A stretch of 64,000 bases of DNA from positions 64,001-128,000 of IMG/VR virus record IMGVR_UViG_3300043821_000026. The stretch is one strand, 5' to 3'. Shown piece after piece: positions 29,485 to 41,073 of the stretch. Within the stretch, counting starts at the first letter, position 1; each line of letters starts with the position of its first letter. A program made the translations under genes and the position numbers. This DNA comes from a virus (Duplodnaviria > Caudoviricetes). Under the pieces are notes generated by a model, which saw only the letters and a list, made by a program, of their open reading frames with translations, was not told the DNA's origin and did no database searches.

Positions 29485-30161
29485 TATATCAGCTCTCTAC
29501 CTATATGATATCCGATAATTGGAGGTATTGAATCTGCTATTTGCTGATAACTATCTTCAGTTAATTTATAACTAGCAGGAAATCCTTGTAATATACCTGC
29601 CTCTCGTGGTGTAAGTATTCTATCTTCAGTTGGGTGTATGATAATATCTTTTTTTGCGTTACTCATAATTGGAGCAAAGCTATAAGGTTTTAATCTACGA
29701 TAAGCATTAAAGGTTTTATTTTGTAGATTATAATCAGGTATATCAATCCAACAACCACCAGCAGGAACTCTTTTTATTCTTTCGGATACTGATTTAGGCA
29801 TATCTATAATAATATGACCTTGTTTTGTAGCAGTAAATTGTTGATAAAAAGTTAATGGTTCATGATTAATAGCATCTAGACTATCTTTCACAATTGGAGA
29901 TGGATATGAAAAATGATATAGGTCTACTATATTTGATTCCCATGCTAATACTCTATTTTGAGGTATTCCAAAATTTCTAATATTAAAAATTTTATCTCCT
30001 TTAGCATCATGTTTTATATATAAATAAGAATTTTCTGGAAAACCATTAGGTGGCACTTCGTGAAAAATCGACAAGTCTTCGTTTTTATCAACAATTTTAT
30101 GTCCTGCTATTTCAAATCCTATTGATAATTGAGGTGTTAAACAATATTCTTTAATTTTCAT
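29484..30161 (-). CDS. Degenerate DNA (cytosine-5)-methyltransferase homolog, predicted catalytically inactive
   Basis: Motifs VIII-X intact ('FGIPQNR', 'HPTEDR.LTPRE...LQGFP', 'YQQIADSIPP'); FxGxG, the catalytic PC and ENV are missing. Confidence 0.7.
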   Translation of the reverse strand: MKIKEYCLTPQLSIGFEIAGHKIVDKNEDLSIFHEVPPNGFPENSYLYIKHDAKGDKIFNIRNFGIPQNRVLAWESNIVDLYHFSYPSPIVKDSLDAINHEPLTFYQQFTATKQGHIIIDMPKSVSERIKRVPAGGCWIDIPDYNLQNKTFNAYRRLKPYSFAPIMSNAKKDIIIHPTEDRILTPREAGILQGFPASYKLTEDSYQQIADSIPPIIGYHIGRELI

Positions 30162-30555
30162 ATTGAACACCTTCATGAACTTGTAATGAATAAAAATAAA
30201 ATAATCTAAACCATTCATCCTCATAATCTAATCGAAAAAGTGATGGATAAGTCATCATTAAATATCCATAACCCCATTGATTATTAATTTCTGTATAATC
30301 TTTTGTCATAATTAATGGGTATGTGTGACGCTTATTACCATATTCAGAATCAATTACCCTAGTATCCAAAATTCTCATCTATTTCACCATATAAATTATC
30401 AATATCACTATAATTAATAGTAATATCATCAATATCTACTTTAGTATCATGAAAATTGAAATGTGTTCTATCAATATCTTCAATAATCATATCATTAATA
30501 TATATAATATCATAATTATTCATTAAGTCTTTAATTTGTAATTCTCTTTCACATA

Positions 30556-31272
30556 TCATATTTTTACCTCATTCTTAATATATTTACGTGCTTCAGGAAT
30601 ATCATTTTCATATATATGAATACTAGCACTAAGTGTTGTTATACTTCCAAAATCAATTAATTCGTTATATGATTTATCTTTGTTATAATTTCTCATAATA
30701 GATTGAACCATATATTGGACTGCAAAAAGATTACTATAATATCCTAAAAACCCATCATGAGAACGCCATATACCTGTAGTATATAATTTATTATCTCTAA
30801 TTTTACAATCAAGCATCATAAAGCATGGAATTTCGTCGCATTGAGTATCAATAAAAGGGTCATATGTGATAGCAACAGCTCTATTAGTATTACTATTTTT
30901 ATTTAATCTTTTTACAATTTCTTCAATTTGGTCTACTGCAAAATGACTTCTTAATCTATTACCATAAGTATATGTAAATCCATTATTCATTGGATTCATA
31001 AATTCCGTAATATATTCTGCAACTAATGTTGGTTTAAATGGATAATCGTCATTATCATAAATATGAGATTGTAGGCCATTAAAAATTGCATGTGGTAATA
31101 ATCGTTTATAAGACTCGCTTCTATCTAAATTTAATGGATTTGTTAGTCTTGTAACTACATCTAAGCACTCAAGCCATTTACCTCCACGCTCATTATCATG
31201 CATAACGCCATTATCCAATATATACTTAACCAATGTTTTATGAACGTTTTGTATAGTATCTCCTTCAATCAT
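30556..31272 (-). CDS. thyA: Thymidylate synthase, archaeal type
   Basis: 'YTYGNRL', 'DQI', 'RA', catalytic 'PC', 'RSHD', 'N', 'HIY'. Confidence 0.9.
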   Translation of the reverse strand: MIEGDTIQNVHKTLVKYILDNGVMHDNERGGKWLECLDVVTRLTNPLNLDRSESYKRLLPHAIFNGLQSHIYDNDDYPFKPTLVAEYITEFMNPMNNGFTYTYGNRLRSHFAVDQIEEIVKRLNKNSNTNRAVAITYDPFIDTQCDEIPCFMMLDCKIRDNKLYTTGIWRSHDGFLGYYSNLFAVQYMVQSIMRNYNKDKSYNELIDFGSITTLSASIHIYENDIPEARKYIKNEVKI

Positions 31273-31667
31273 TATTCATCTCCCTGTTTTATATAAATAT
31301 CAATACTATCAATATCGTTATATAAAACTTCCATATACATATTATTTAAATTTTTTGTTAAAATTTTAATTTTTAAATATTCATTACCTAATATACATTT
31401 TACTATATCCCCTTTATTTATATAATAAAAAATATTGTTAATAGTGATATATTGAACATCTAAAAATGTATAACTATAATCCAACATCTTTGGTGATAAT
31501 TCACCACTTTTTTGCATTATACTTATATTATCAAGAAATTCAAATTTTTTAATAAAATTACTTTTTTCCATATTATCACATACATAGTTATCTCAACTAC
31601 AATATATAAATGTTACTATTTTTTATTACCGAAAACTTTATAAGTATTATCACTTGTATACTGTATT

Positions 31668-32159
31668 ATGAATGGAATCTATGCTTGGAAAAATATACAA
31701 AACGGTAAAATGTATATTGGACAAACTAAGTATATTGTAGATAGACCTTATGACCATTTTAAATGTTCTACAAGTCATGGTCAAAAATTTGAGAACGCAA
31801 TAAAAAAATATGGAAAAAAAAGTTTTAAATTAATAATTTTAGATAAAAATGTATCAAATTTAAACATTATGGAAAAGCATTATATAAGAGTATATAGCTC
31901 TTATATTAATGGATATAATTCAACATTAGGAGGAAATGGTATATATCCTGATATTATTGAGTGTCCTCATAATATATTATGGAATTGTCGTTATACCCAT
32001 ATAGTTAATAATACAAATTATAATAGAAAAAAAATGTTTAGATTATATTATGGTAATTATTATGTACCTATTGGATATTTTATAGACCCAATAACCACAG
32101 ATATTATTGGAAAACTTATATCCAATTTTTGTGATTCCGATACCAATCAATATACTTGA
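31668..32159 (+). CDS. GIY-YIG endonuclease (putative free-standing homing endonuclease); stop codon supplied by the inserted element
   Basis: 'GIYAW.N..NGK.YIGQT', 'E..YI..Y.S...GYN.T.GG'; own TATA ~25 nt upstream (leaderless); opposite strand to its neighbours. Confidence 0.85.
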   Translation: MNGIYAWKNIQNGKMYIGQTKYIVDRPYDHFKCSTSHGQKFENAIKKYGKKSFKLIILDKNVSNLNIMEKHYIRVYSSYINGYNSTLGGNGIYPDIIECPHNILWNCRYTHIVNNTNYNRKKMFRLYYGNYYVPIGYFIDPITTDIIGKLISNFCDSDTNQYT

Positions 32160-32257
32160 ACTACCACCACTTATAGAAGTGGTGGATTCCTAACTTCGAG
32201 CTGAAAGGCAATCCCCGTCGTCCCAACGGTTCAGAATGTTTATTGCTGCATAAAACT
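32156..32257 (-). mobile_element. IS200/IS605 right-end / TnpB omegaRNA-scaffold mini-element, copy 1
   Basis: Encodes a TnpB-like C-terminus AAINILNRWDDGDCLSARS*, then GAAT-CCACCACTT-CTAT-AAGTGGTGG-TAG-TTCAA; 103/104 identical to 38748-38851. Confidence 0.85.
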
Positions 32258-33029
32258 GAAAATAAAATTATCAAAAAAAGTTCTATATTCATGTTAATAC
32301 CATATCATTATCCTTAAACAATTCTAAAATATACATATCATTGTACTCAAATACTCTAGAAGAGATGGATGAATTATATAACATATATTGTTTATATTTA
32401 TCTCGATTAATATATACCCAATATACTTTATTATCTTCTAAAATATAATAATCTTTATCTTCTATCATTCCTTTTTTATTTAAGAATAATATAATACTAT
32501 CTCTACGCATTTTCTGATAACCTCAAACAGTCATTTTTATATTCACTAATATAAAATACTTTTTCTACTTTATTATCGTTATATAAAATAAAAGAATCTA
32601 TATCGTATTCATCATAAATTCCATATACTACACCATTTTTATATAACACAAATGACCCACCATCTAAATCTAAATCATCAAATTCCATATCCTTTACTCG
32701 ATTAGTAATTACATCATTAGTATCAGGATAATATGTTCCAACTTTAAAATAATCAAAAGGTGTTTCATAAATATCTTTAAATAAATCCTTTAAACTCATA
32801 TCTTAAACCTCATAAATTAATCCTACTTTTTGAAGTATTAGATGTATATGAATTATAATCTTTAGACTTAAATTCTTTCAATCTTGCATCTAATAATTCG
32901 ATTAATGTTTGAATTTTTGTATCAACTCTTCCTTTTTCTATATATTGTTCTAATGCTTGATTATATATATCTATACGAAATTTTTTAACTTCACTTTCTG
33001 TCATTGTATCTATAATATCCGACATCATA

Positions 33030-33431
33030 TTATTCACCTTTAAAAGTTCCATGTTCTTTTTCGTGACAATCCCGACATAAAACAGTAACATTATTTATAT
33101 TATATTTTTCTTCAGGATAAATTTTTTTACTTTTTAAATGATGTATACTTAAATCATCTGTAGCACCACATTTTTGACAATGACATTTACCATTAACGTT
33201 ATATTTTGCATAAACACTACTATTAAAACTTTTTGTAACAATTGTTCCAGTTGTACCTATATCCTGTTCAGAACAATATTTAAAAACATCACTCATTTTT
33301 GATATTCGTACACCATATTTCTGTGATAAAATTTTAACTAACTCATGATAAAGATAATTATATCCTGTATCAGGATTATCTGAATTAACAACATTCCATA
33401 ATTTTTCCTTATTCATTATATAATACTCCAT
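33030..33431 (-). CDS. HNH endonuclease
   Basis: 'CQKCG....L.IHHL......P.......N...LCRDCH...H'. Confidence 0.85.
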   Translation of the reverse strand: MEYYIMNKEKLWNVVNSDNPDTGYNYLYHELVKILSQKYGVRISKMSDVFKYCSEQDIGTTGTIVTKSFNSSVYAKYNVNGKCHCQKCGATDDLSIHHLKSKKIYPEEKYNINNVTVLCRDCHEKEHGTFKGE

Positions 33432-35516
33432 TATATCACTTATCTAAAATAATCATTTAAAATTTTTACAAATTCTTCTTCTGTATATAATTGTCCTTTA
33501 CTAGTTAATAATTGTATTTTATCATATATTTCTTCATAAGTAGCATTTTTTAATCCTGACATTTTGTTTAAATCTTTTAATAATTTTTGTCTATATTCAT
33601 TATTAGGTATTTTAAATAATAATTTTCTATTATCATCTGTTAAAAATACTCCAGCTGATGTTTTTATACTTCCAAATCTCATTTTTTCTAACCTCTATCG
33701 TTTAATATATCTTTTACACTTCTACAAAATATTTTTGCAGTAGTTTTTTCTTTATACTTTCCATTAGGAAACATTAATACTCGATAAACCTTAAGAGCTA
33801 AATCTTCAAGCTCTTGTTTATTTTTTGTCTTATATACTGTCCCATTTCTCCAATAATATCTATTCATTCCTCTAAAATAAAATGGATGTGGGATAAATAT
33901 TTTATCATTCATCGCTTAACACCTCATAAATCTTATCTTTAATTCTTTCTGCTTGTTTTCTGTTGCACAAGAATTTAACGCCATCAGATTCGCCAATTTT
34001 AAAATAACATTGAAAATTATCGTTTGATTTATAATCTTTTGTTGGATTTAAATTTGTATTTAAATATCTACCCATTTTTATCCTCTTCTGAATAATATTC
34101 ACAATCTGTACATTTAGTTTTTTCTATAGAGCCATATATTTGACAATATATAGAATACATACCTTCATCACAACTTTTATCACAACTCATACAATCACCT
34201 TTTATATATGTATATATTTAAATATATAAGTATTTATATATAAGTATTTTTTAAAATATATAAGGACATTTATCATAAGTGTATGGAAATGGTTTTTTGT
34301 TATCAACATAAGGATGAGAGCAATATCCTGTATCTCCTGATTTATTAATATGGAGATATGGACAACTCCAACAATAATTCATCCATTGACGGTCTTTTAA
34401 TTTATGTTTACTTATATATTTCTTACCCACTTAATCATCTTCTATAAAATAATTACAACTTAATTCTCTACCTCTTATATAATCATCAAATTTATCACAA
34501 CGCATCATTTTAATTCCTGCAACACTATAAAATTTATCATTTTTTTTATAATAAATTACCTGTGAATATTTACAATTCATACAAACATTATTAGGAAGTA
34601 TTTGTCTACTACTAAACACTACTCCTTCTCCACAATAGTATATACAATCATTACAATTATCGCTTCCAACTTCATAATTACATTCATTTAATTCATCAGC
34701 TAATTCTAAAATACATTTTGTCATAATATCACTAGAATAAATATCTATCTTCTATTTGATTATTTTTTATAAAAAAAATACGAAATTTCGGAAGTGTTAC
34801 TTTATTATTTAAAGCATAAAATTTTAAACAATTATGTATTCTATCAACAATAACTTTATTACAATCCCAAGTATCTGCTAAAATAGATAATTCAATATCT
34901 GCCCCATCAGATACAAATTGTGCGTCAATAAATCTATTTTGTATATAAGGGTGTTCTATTAAAAATTTCTTTAATTCATTAATAATTTCTGTATATTTTT
35001 TTTCCATAAAATACCTCCTATAGGTATATGTAATATTACATATACCCAATAAATGAAACAATTAATCCAATAACAATAAAGACTGGCATTAAGACCATTG
35101 TCATCTCTGTTATAGATTTAATTTGCTTATCTTGTGCAAGAATATTAGCAATATATAAAATTCCTCCAACTATAAATAACATAAAACAAAGCTCATACAT
35201 CTATTTCACCTCCTCTAAATATGGACAATCTATATTATGTAAGTCTGCATCACGAATAATACTAAAAGCATTAGCATTAAAGATAGAATTTTCATAAACA
35301 CATTGTTCTTCGTGAATCATTTTATTATTGATATTAAAAGTAACTAATCTAAAATTTTTACATTGTTCACAATAATTCCAACGCATTTAATCACCTAATA
35401 TATCATCATTACATAGCCACCACTTATAAGATGGTTTATGTTCAACTTTACTACAATATTCACATCCATCAGGATATTCGCTACATTTAATACAATAATC
35501 ATTTTTTTCCATATTA

Positions 35517-36053
35517 TCACAACACTTTTTTTATAATATCTTGATTATTAATAATTTCATTTACTCTAGAAACTGCATCATTAATATTTCCATTATTTTT
35601 AACAACATAATCACAAGTTATATGTTTATATTCATCATAATCATCTCGATTAGCTCTATCTTCATCAATATCGATTAAGTTTCTTTGTATCTCTATACAA
35701 AGTAAATTTAAATAATATTTTTTACTATATTCTCTTAAATCATATATTCCTTTTTTATCAACAACATATAAGTTACACTTAGTATTATCAGGAAGGAATG
35801 AATTGATTGTTGTACAATATCTATAATCACCATATTGTGTTTTTGCTACAACATTATCTCCATCATATATAATATCCATCTTTTTTTTTGTTAAAAATAA
35901 GTGTCCCACTTCTGTGTCATATCTTTTTGGTCTATCAGTATAACTATTAACTAAATGATATACTTCAGGATTTTGACTTACTAATATTTTTGCGATAGTA
36001 GTTTTACCTACACCTGATTTTCCTTGAATTGCAACAATATTCAGTTTATTCAC
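35517..36053 (-). CDS. Guanylate-kinase-like nucleoside monophosphate kinase
   Basis: 'GKSGVGKTT', 'SYT.RP.R..E...H.F', 'Y..Y.Y', 'VVD..G', 'D....N'. Confidence 0.8.
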   Translation of the reverse strand: MNKLNIVAIQGKSGVGKTTIAKILVSQNPEVYHLVNSYTDRPKRYDTEVGHLFLTKKKMDIIYDGDNVVAKTQYGDYRYCTTINSFLPDNTKCNLYVVDKKGIYDLREYSKKYYLNLLCIEIQRNLIDIDEDRANRDDYDEYKHITCDYVVKNNGNINDAVSRVNEIINNQDIIKKVL

Positions 36054-37722
36054 CTCTTAAATAATCTTTTATAGATATATCCATACCTATACCATCAATT
36101 CTTTCATATATTTCATCAATTTTTTGATTTAAATCTTTTATTTGTTTTATTAAAGATATATTATATGACTTTAAGATACAATATTCATTTAATAATGATT
36201 TAAATATTTTATTTCGTTTATCAGAATCTTCAGCATAATCAGTAAAAAATTCTATTTTATCAGAATGAATTTTAACATCAGATTCTATAAATCCATTATT
36301 AGCTCTTTTTACATATTCTTCTGCCTCTTTTTGTGCCAATTGTCTTGTAAAATAATAGCCTTCAGAATAATCAAAAGTTATAACATTGATATCTCTTTCA
36401 CCATTATAATCTTCACGAAATACAGTCCATTCGTGAAAATCTTTATTCTCTTCTGTATAAAAAGCTCCCATTATACCATCTCCTTTAAATACTCTTCAGC
36501 ATTTTCTTTAGTATTATAAGTACTAATTAAATAATAAACATCTTCATTACTTAAATTTTGTTGCAATATTTTACATAAATTTAAATCAGAATCGCTATTT
36601 AATAGTTCGTATTCAGACAAATCATATTGAAATATTACTAAACTATTTTTACACAAATCTCCTTCAACTACACATATAATAGAGTTCTGCTCTAGTATTA
36701 CCTTTATTCCTACAAATATATTATAAATATTCCATATATCTTTTCGTAAATTATAATTATCTAAAATACATAAATACTTAATAAAGAATTTATTATCAAC
36801 ATTGTAAAATAGTAATTTTCTATCAGGTTGTCTTTCAAAACAACAACTATTTGTGTATTTTCTTTCATTAAATTTACTACACCAATAAGCATTTGTAGGT
36901 TGTTTATTACTACTAATAAGCTCCTCAAAATAATTACAACCAATACATGAGCGCACTTTTCCTCCATTTAGATAATATAATATATCATCCAATAACAAAG
37001 AAATTTCTTTTTGGGTTAATAATGCTTTTGTATCTATATCAGATAATAATACTGTTTTATTTACAAAATCTATTTTACATTTTATCCTATCAGATATTTT
37101 AAAATTCATTTTCTACCTCTTTCAAATAATGCACACCATATTCTTGTTGTAATAGGAAAAATATCTTTATGGTCGTCGCAATATATATATTCCTTATTAT
37201 AATAATGTGAATGTTTACAATCTTCACAGGTATCTGTGTCTTTCATTTCTTCTTTTGGTGTTTTAAATCCTATCATATTAAATACCATTGATAAATAGCT
37301 ATCATACCACAAATAAAAATAAATGCAATAATAATATAAAAGATTAAAATCATTATATAGAAAAACATATCACTCATTTACATAACCTATTTTCTTTTCG
37401 AATTTTGTATTTAACCTATCACATTCTTGTTTGATGATACTAAAAGCATCTAATTCGGAATAACAAGATTCAATATCATAATAAATAAGTATTGACTCTG
37501 TATTATTATATAGTTCGTCACATAATGAAAATACACAATCTTTTCTATCATTTCGTATTTTAAAACGAGGCCATGTAGTAATTTGACCTATTTCACTTTC
37601 ATTTTCCTTTTCTAATTCTTTTTTCTTTTTATACTCTTCATCTTGTTTTTTCATAAAATCTTCTACATCAAAATCATGGTCTATTTCATCATAAGGATAG
37701 GGGAAGTTAATTTCATCCTGCC

Positions 37723-38199
37723 CTATTGCTCTGTTGCTTTTATCTCGTAATTCCATTCAAAATCCTCCATATTCATTTCTTTTAATATATCATCAATAAT
37801 ACTCATTAATTGAGATTTATTTTCTGCTTCAATATCTAATACAGTAGATAATCGTACTGAATATTTACGTGTAGGTATTGGTGTATTGATAAAATCCCAT
37901 AAAGTATCTGGATTAACGTTATTATTAATATCATATTTTTGATGATATTCTGTATGACATTTATGACATAATGTAATACCACTATCAATATTTAATCTAT
38001 ACTCTTCAAAGTTTTCATATGGAAACATATGATGAGCTTCAGGCCTAGAAGTGGACCCACATTTTTGACAAGTGTGATTATCTCGTGCTATAACTGATTG
38101 TCTAAAAAAGGTCATATAATCACTATTTCTTAAAGTTCTTTTGTTATTTTTACATAACTGATTAAATTTTTTTACTTTTTTTGGAACAGCAGGGGACAT
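37723..38199 (-). CDS. HNH endonuclease
   Basis: 'RD..TCQKCG.....EAHH...........GITLC..CH..YH'. Confidence 0.88.
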   Translation of the reverse strand: MSPAVPKKVKKFNQLCKNNKRTLRNSDYMTFFRQSVIARDNHTCQKCGSTSRPEAHHMFPYENFEEYRLNIDSGITLCHKCHTEYHQKYDINNNVNPDTLWDFINTPIPTRKYSVRLSTVLDIEAENKSQLMSIIDDILKEMNMEDFEWNYEIKATEQ

Positions 38200-38423
38200 T
38201 TAGTCATCCCCTGTTTCCTTATCTATTGTTTTGTTAAATTGTCTAACGGTATAAACAGAATATACTAATAATATCCATGTAATTATAGACAAAATAAATG
38301 TTCCAATTACTGCAACATCTGTTGCAAAATGTCCAATCATATTAATCACTCCTTTAATCTGTAATTAATTATTTGAAAAAAGTAGTATATAAAGGTTGTT
38401 ATTACTATTAATAAAAAAAGTAT

Positions 38424-38455
38424 GAAAAAAAAGCCGTACCTATCGGCACGACTTA
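38424..38455 (-). terminator. GU-rich hairpin plus U8 terminator
   Basis: AAGTCGTGCC-GATA-GGTACGGCTT-TTTTTT on the - strand; pairs fully only as the - strand RNA. Confidence 0.7.
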
Positions 38456-38543
38456 AAGGTAGCGATTGAATGGTTAATGAGGTATAACCCTCTAATAACC
38501 TCATGTTTTCATATATATTTTGAAGTATAAAAGAATGTATTTT

Positions 38544-38945
38544 TTAATATGTTTTAATTTTATGCAAAGTAGAGTTAATTAAATCAATGCTATCTTTTAC
38601 ATCTTCATTTATATGAAAGCTATCATCGATTATATGAATAGTAAAATAGTCTTCAAAATTCCCATCAACATAGGAATTTTTTTCCCAAATGTTTCTGCAC
38701 CTATCATTGATTTTTTGTTTTAATTTTGAAGTTGGTTTTACATTTGTTTGAACTACCACCACTTATAGAAGTGGTGGATTCCTAACTTCGAGCTGAAAGG
38801 CAATCCCCGTCGTCCCAACGGTTCAGAATGTTTATTGCTGCGTAAAACTGATAATTTCATCACTTGTTAAAATACCCCACATTGTAAAATGGTTTTTTTT
38901 AATTGTTTGAATTATCAATCTATTTAAACTATCATTACTAATCAT
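38544..38945 (-). pseudogene. Hypothetical gene interrupted by mini-element copy 2
   Basis: GGAGTG RBS and MISNDSL...SDEII upstream, TNVKPTS... downstream; removing 102 bp restores one continuous frame. Confidence 0.7.
38748..38849 (-). mobile_element. IS200/IS605 right-end / TnpB omegaRNA-scaffold mini-element, copy 2
   Basis: Near-identical to copy 1, with unrelated flanks. Confidence 0.85.
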
Positions 38946-39069
38946 TCAATCACTCCTTATTTGTACTGAAAATTTGAAACAGTACTTATTTAAAGAGATA
39001 TATACACAAAACCGACAAGTGTAAAGAAATGAAACACCTGCCTAAATAATTGTATACATATCAATCTAT

Positions 39070-41073
39070 TTAAATGTTTTGGTTTTTATCAATATCTTGT
39101 AAATCAGTTTTACCACAATAGATGCAAGGTTTACCTTTAATAGTTAATTCATCACAATTAGGGCAATATGCAAGATATTCTTCTTTAATGCTTTCATTAG
39201 GAAGAATGGATTTCCATATAGCTCTTTGTTTACCGTTAATATTTCTACGCATTCTATCAAAGTTTCGTTTATCACCAGTTAAGTCGAAAATAGAATCACG
39301 CCATACTTTAGAGCGTTCACCTTTTACGTCTAATCCATCTTTAATAGATAATATATCAGTCAGTTCTCTAAATAAGTCTTTAGTTAGATAACTATCATTA
39401 TCATCTGTATTAATGAAATAATTGAAAACAATTTCATTTTCAGAATAAGCATGTTTTTTAAGTTTATCTAAAAGTTTTTTATCTGATAATTTTAACATTG
39501 GTATTGTACAGTTATCTATCATTCTTCTATATGCTTGAATTGATTGATAAATTAACCATTCCATATATTCAGTATTTTCTAAAATTCTATTTTCAAAATT
39601 TACATCTTCAAGCATTTCTTGAGTTGGTTTTTTTAAAAATTCTAATAATAATACTCTTCTTAAAAAAGATTTATCCATTGATTCAGGAGCTATTGGTTTA
39701 TTTCCAACTGCTATTAATTTCGCAACATCAGAACTTGGTATAGTAACTTGTGGTTTATTTTTTTCTTCAACAGAAAGTGGTGAACCACTTGTATGTTCTT
39801 TAAAAAATGCAAAATTATCTACTTTATTACCATCAACCTCTTCTATTCTTGCAAGTGTTTTATTAATAATACTTGAATATTCGAATCTATTATTATTAAG
39901 TATTTTTGGTAAAGATATAGTACAACAATTATGTTCACCTAATGCTTTAGATATAAAACGAAGCAACATACTTTTTCCTGCTCCACCAATACCAAATATA
40001 AATAACATCCATTGATGTTTAGTGTGTCCCGGCTCTACAATTACATATCCAATGTATTCTAATAGTCCATTCATACCCTCTTCGCCTAGTTCATATTCTA
40101 ACCAACTTTTTAACTCCCCACCTTCAGCATTTGGATTATACTTATAAGGAATAGTTAGTTTAGTATATATTGGATTTGTTCCAGTTGAAGTAGTTTCATA
40201 TGTAGTTGTATCTAATACCTGATTTTTAAAACCAACTTTACTATACAATGGAGTTTTTATTTCAGTTACGTAATTAGATAATGAATTTTCTAATGTTTTT
40301 CTTGTAGTTGTACATGGTAATTGAAGAACCTTATCATACATTTGCCCATCATCATCTTTAACTTTGATGATTTTTTCAGTATACATTCTTTTATTTAAAA
40401 AATCAAGCCAATTAGTTTTAGCATTGATTATAAATTCTCCATATCCACCCATATAATTATTGATAAATAATCTATTTTTATTTGGGTCATAAAACATACC
40501 AAATAAATCCATAAAATAATCTGCTATCTCTTTTGTCAATTGATTAACATTATTAATTTTAATAGTATTTTTAACTGACTCTCTTTCTAATTTTTTTTGC
40601 AAAGCTCTTTTTTGACTTTCATATAATCTTATTAAAATAACTTGGTCTTTATAGGTAAAGTTTTTATTATTAAAATTATCTTTATTTAAAATATCATCAT
40701 TAGGATAGTATTGATAATACTTATCTCTTGTAGAATATATCTCTTCAGGAGTTATATCTAAATCTTCAGGAAGTTCAATCTCATTTTCCTTATCTAACTC
40801 ACTATTAATCATATTATCATAATACTGTCCCCATTCATCTTGAATTTCAACAGAATTAATAATATCTGATAACTTATTTCTATACATTTCAACTGCTATT
40901 TCATGGTCTATTGGGTCTATATTACTCCAATATTCTGACCAAAATTCTTCTTCATCTAATTCTTGCCCAAATTGTTCGAATACATCTTTATTAAATAAAT
41001 TTGATATACTATTATTTTTATAATTTTTAATAGAATATTCAGATGGTTCAGGCATAAAATTTATTATAGCCAT
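39070..41073 (-). CDS. D5/P4-like SF3 replicative helicase
   Basis: D5_N-like 'F.N..LD', Walker A 'GIGGAGKS', Walker B 'IEE', 'GN', 'RR'; C-terminal Zn ribbon. Confidence 0.85.
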   Translation of the reverse strand: MAIINFMPEPSEYSIKNYKNNSISNLFNKDVFEQFGQELDEEEFWSEYWSNIDPIDHEIAVEMYRNKLSDIINSVEIQDEWGQYYDNMINSELDKENEIELPEDLDITPEEIYSTRDKYYQYYPNDDILNKDNFNNKNFTYKDQVILIRLYESQKRALQKKLERESVKNTIKINNVNQLTKEIADYFMDLFGMFYDPNKNRLFINNYMGGYGEFIINAKTNWLDFLNKRMYTEKIIKVKDDDGQMYDKVLQLPCTTTRKTLENSLSNYVTEIKTPLYSKVGFKNQVLDTTTYETTSTGTNPIYTKLTIPYKYNPNAEGGELKSWLEYELGEEGMNGLLEYIGYVIVEPGHTKHQWMLFIFGIGGAGKSMLLRFISKALGEHNCCTISLPKILNNNRFEYSSIINKTLARIEEVDGNKVDNFAFFKEHTSGSPLSVEEKNKPQVTIPSSDVAKLIAVGNKPIAPESMDKSFLRRVLLLEFLKKPTQEMLEDVNFENRILENTEYMEWLIYQSIQAYRRMIDNCTIPMLKLSDKKLLDKLKKHAYSENEIVFNYFINTDDNDSYLTKDLFRELTDILSIKDGLDVKGERSKVWRDSIFDLTGDKRNFDRMRRNINGKQRAIWKSILPNESIKEEYLAYCPNCDELTIKGKPCIYCGKTDLQDIDKNQNI

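Noticed and set aside
34222-34249. 14-bp tandem repeat atatataagtattt x2
   Set aside because: Likely a slippage duplication of an AT-rich TATA-like element; too simple to support a function.
35416-35432. ccaccacttata, matching the mini-element right-end hairpin arm
   Set aside because: Only 12 nt, no full hairpin, TTCAA end or scaffold, and it lies within a small Cys ORF; probably chance.
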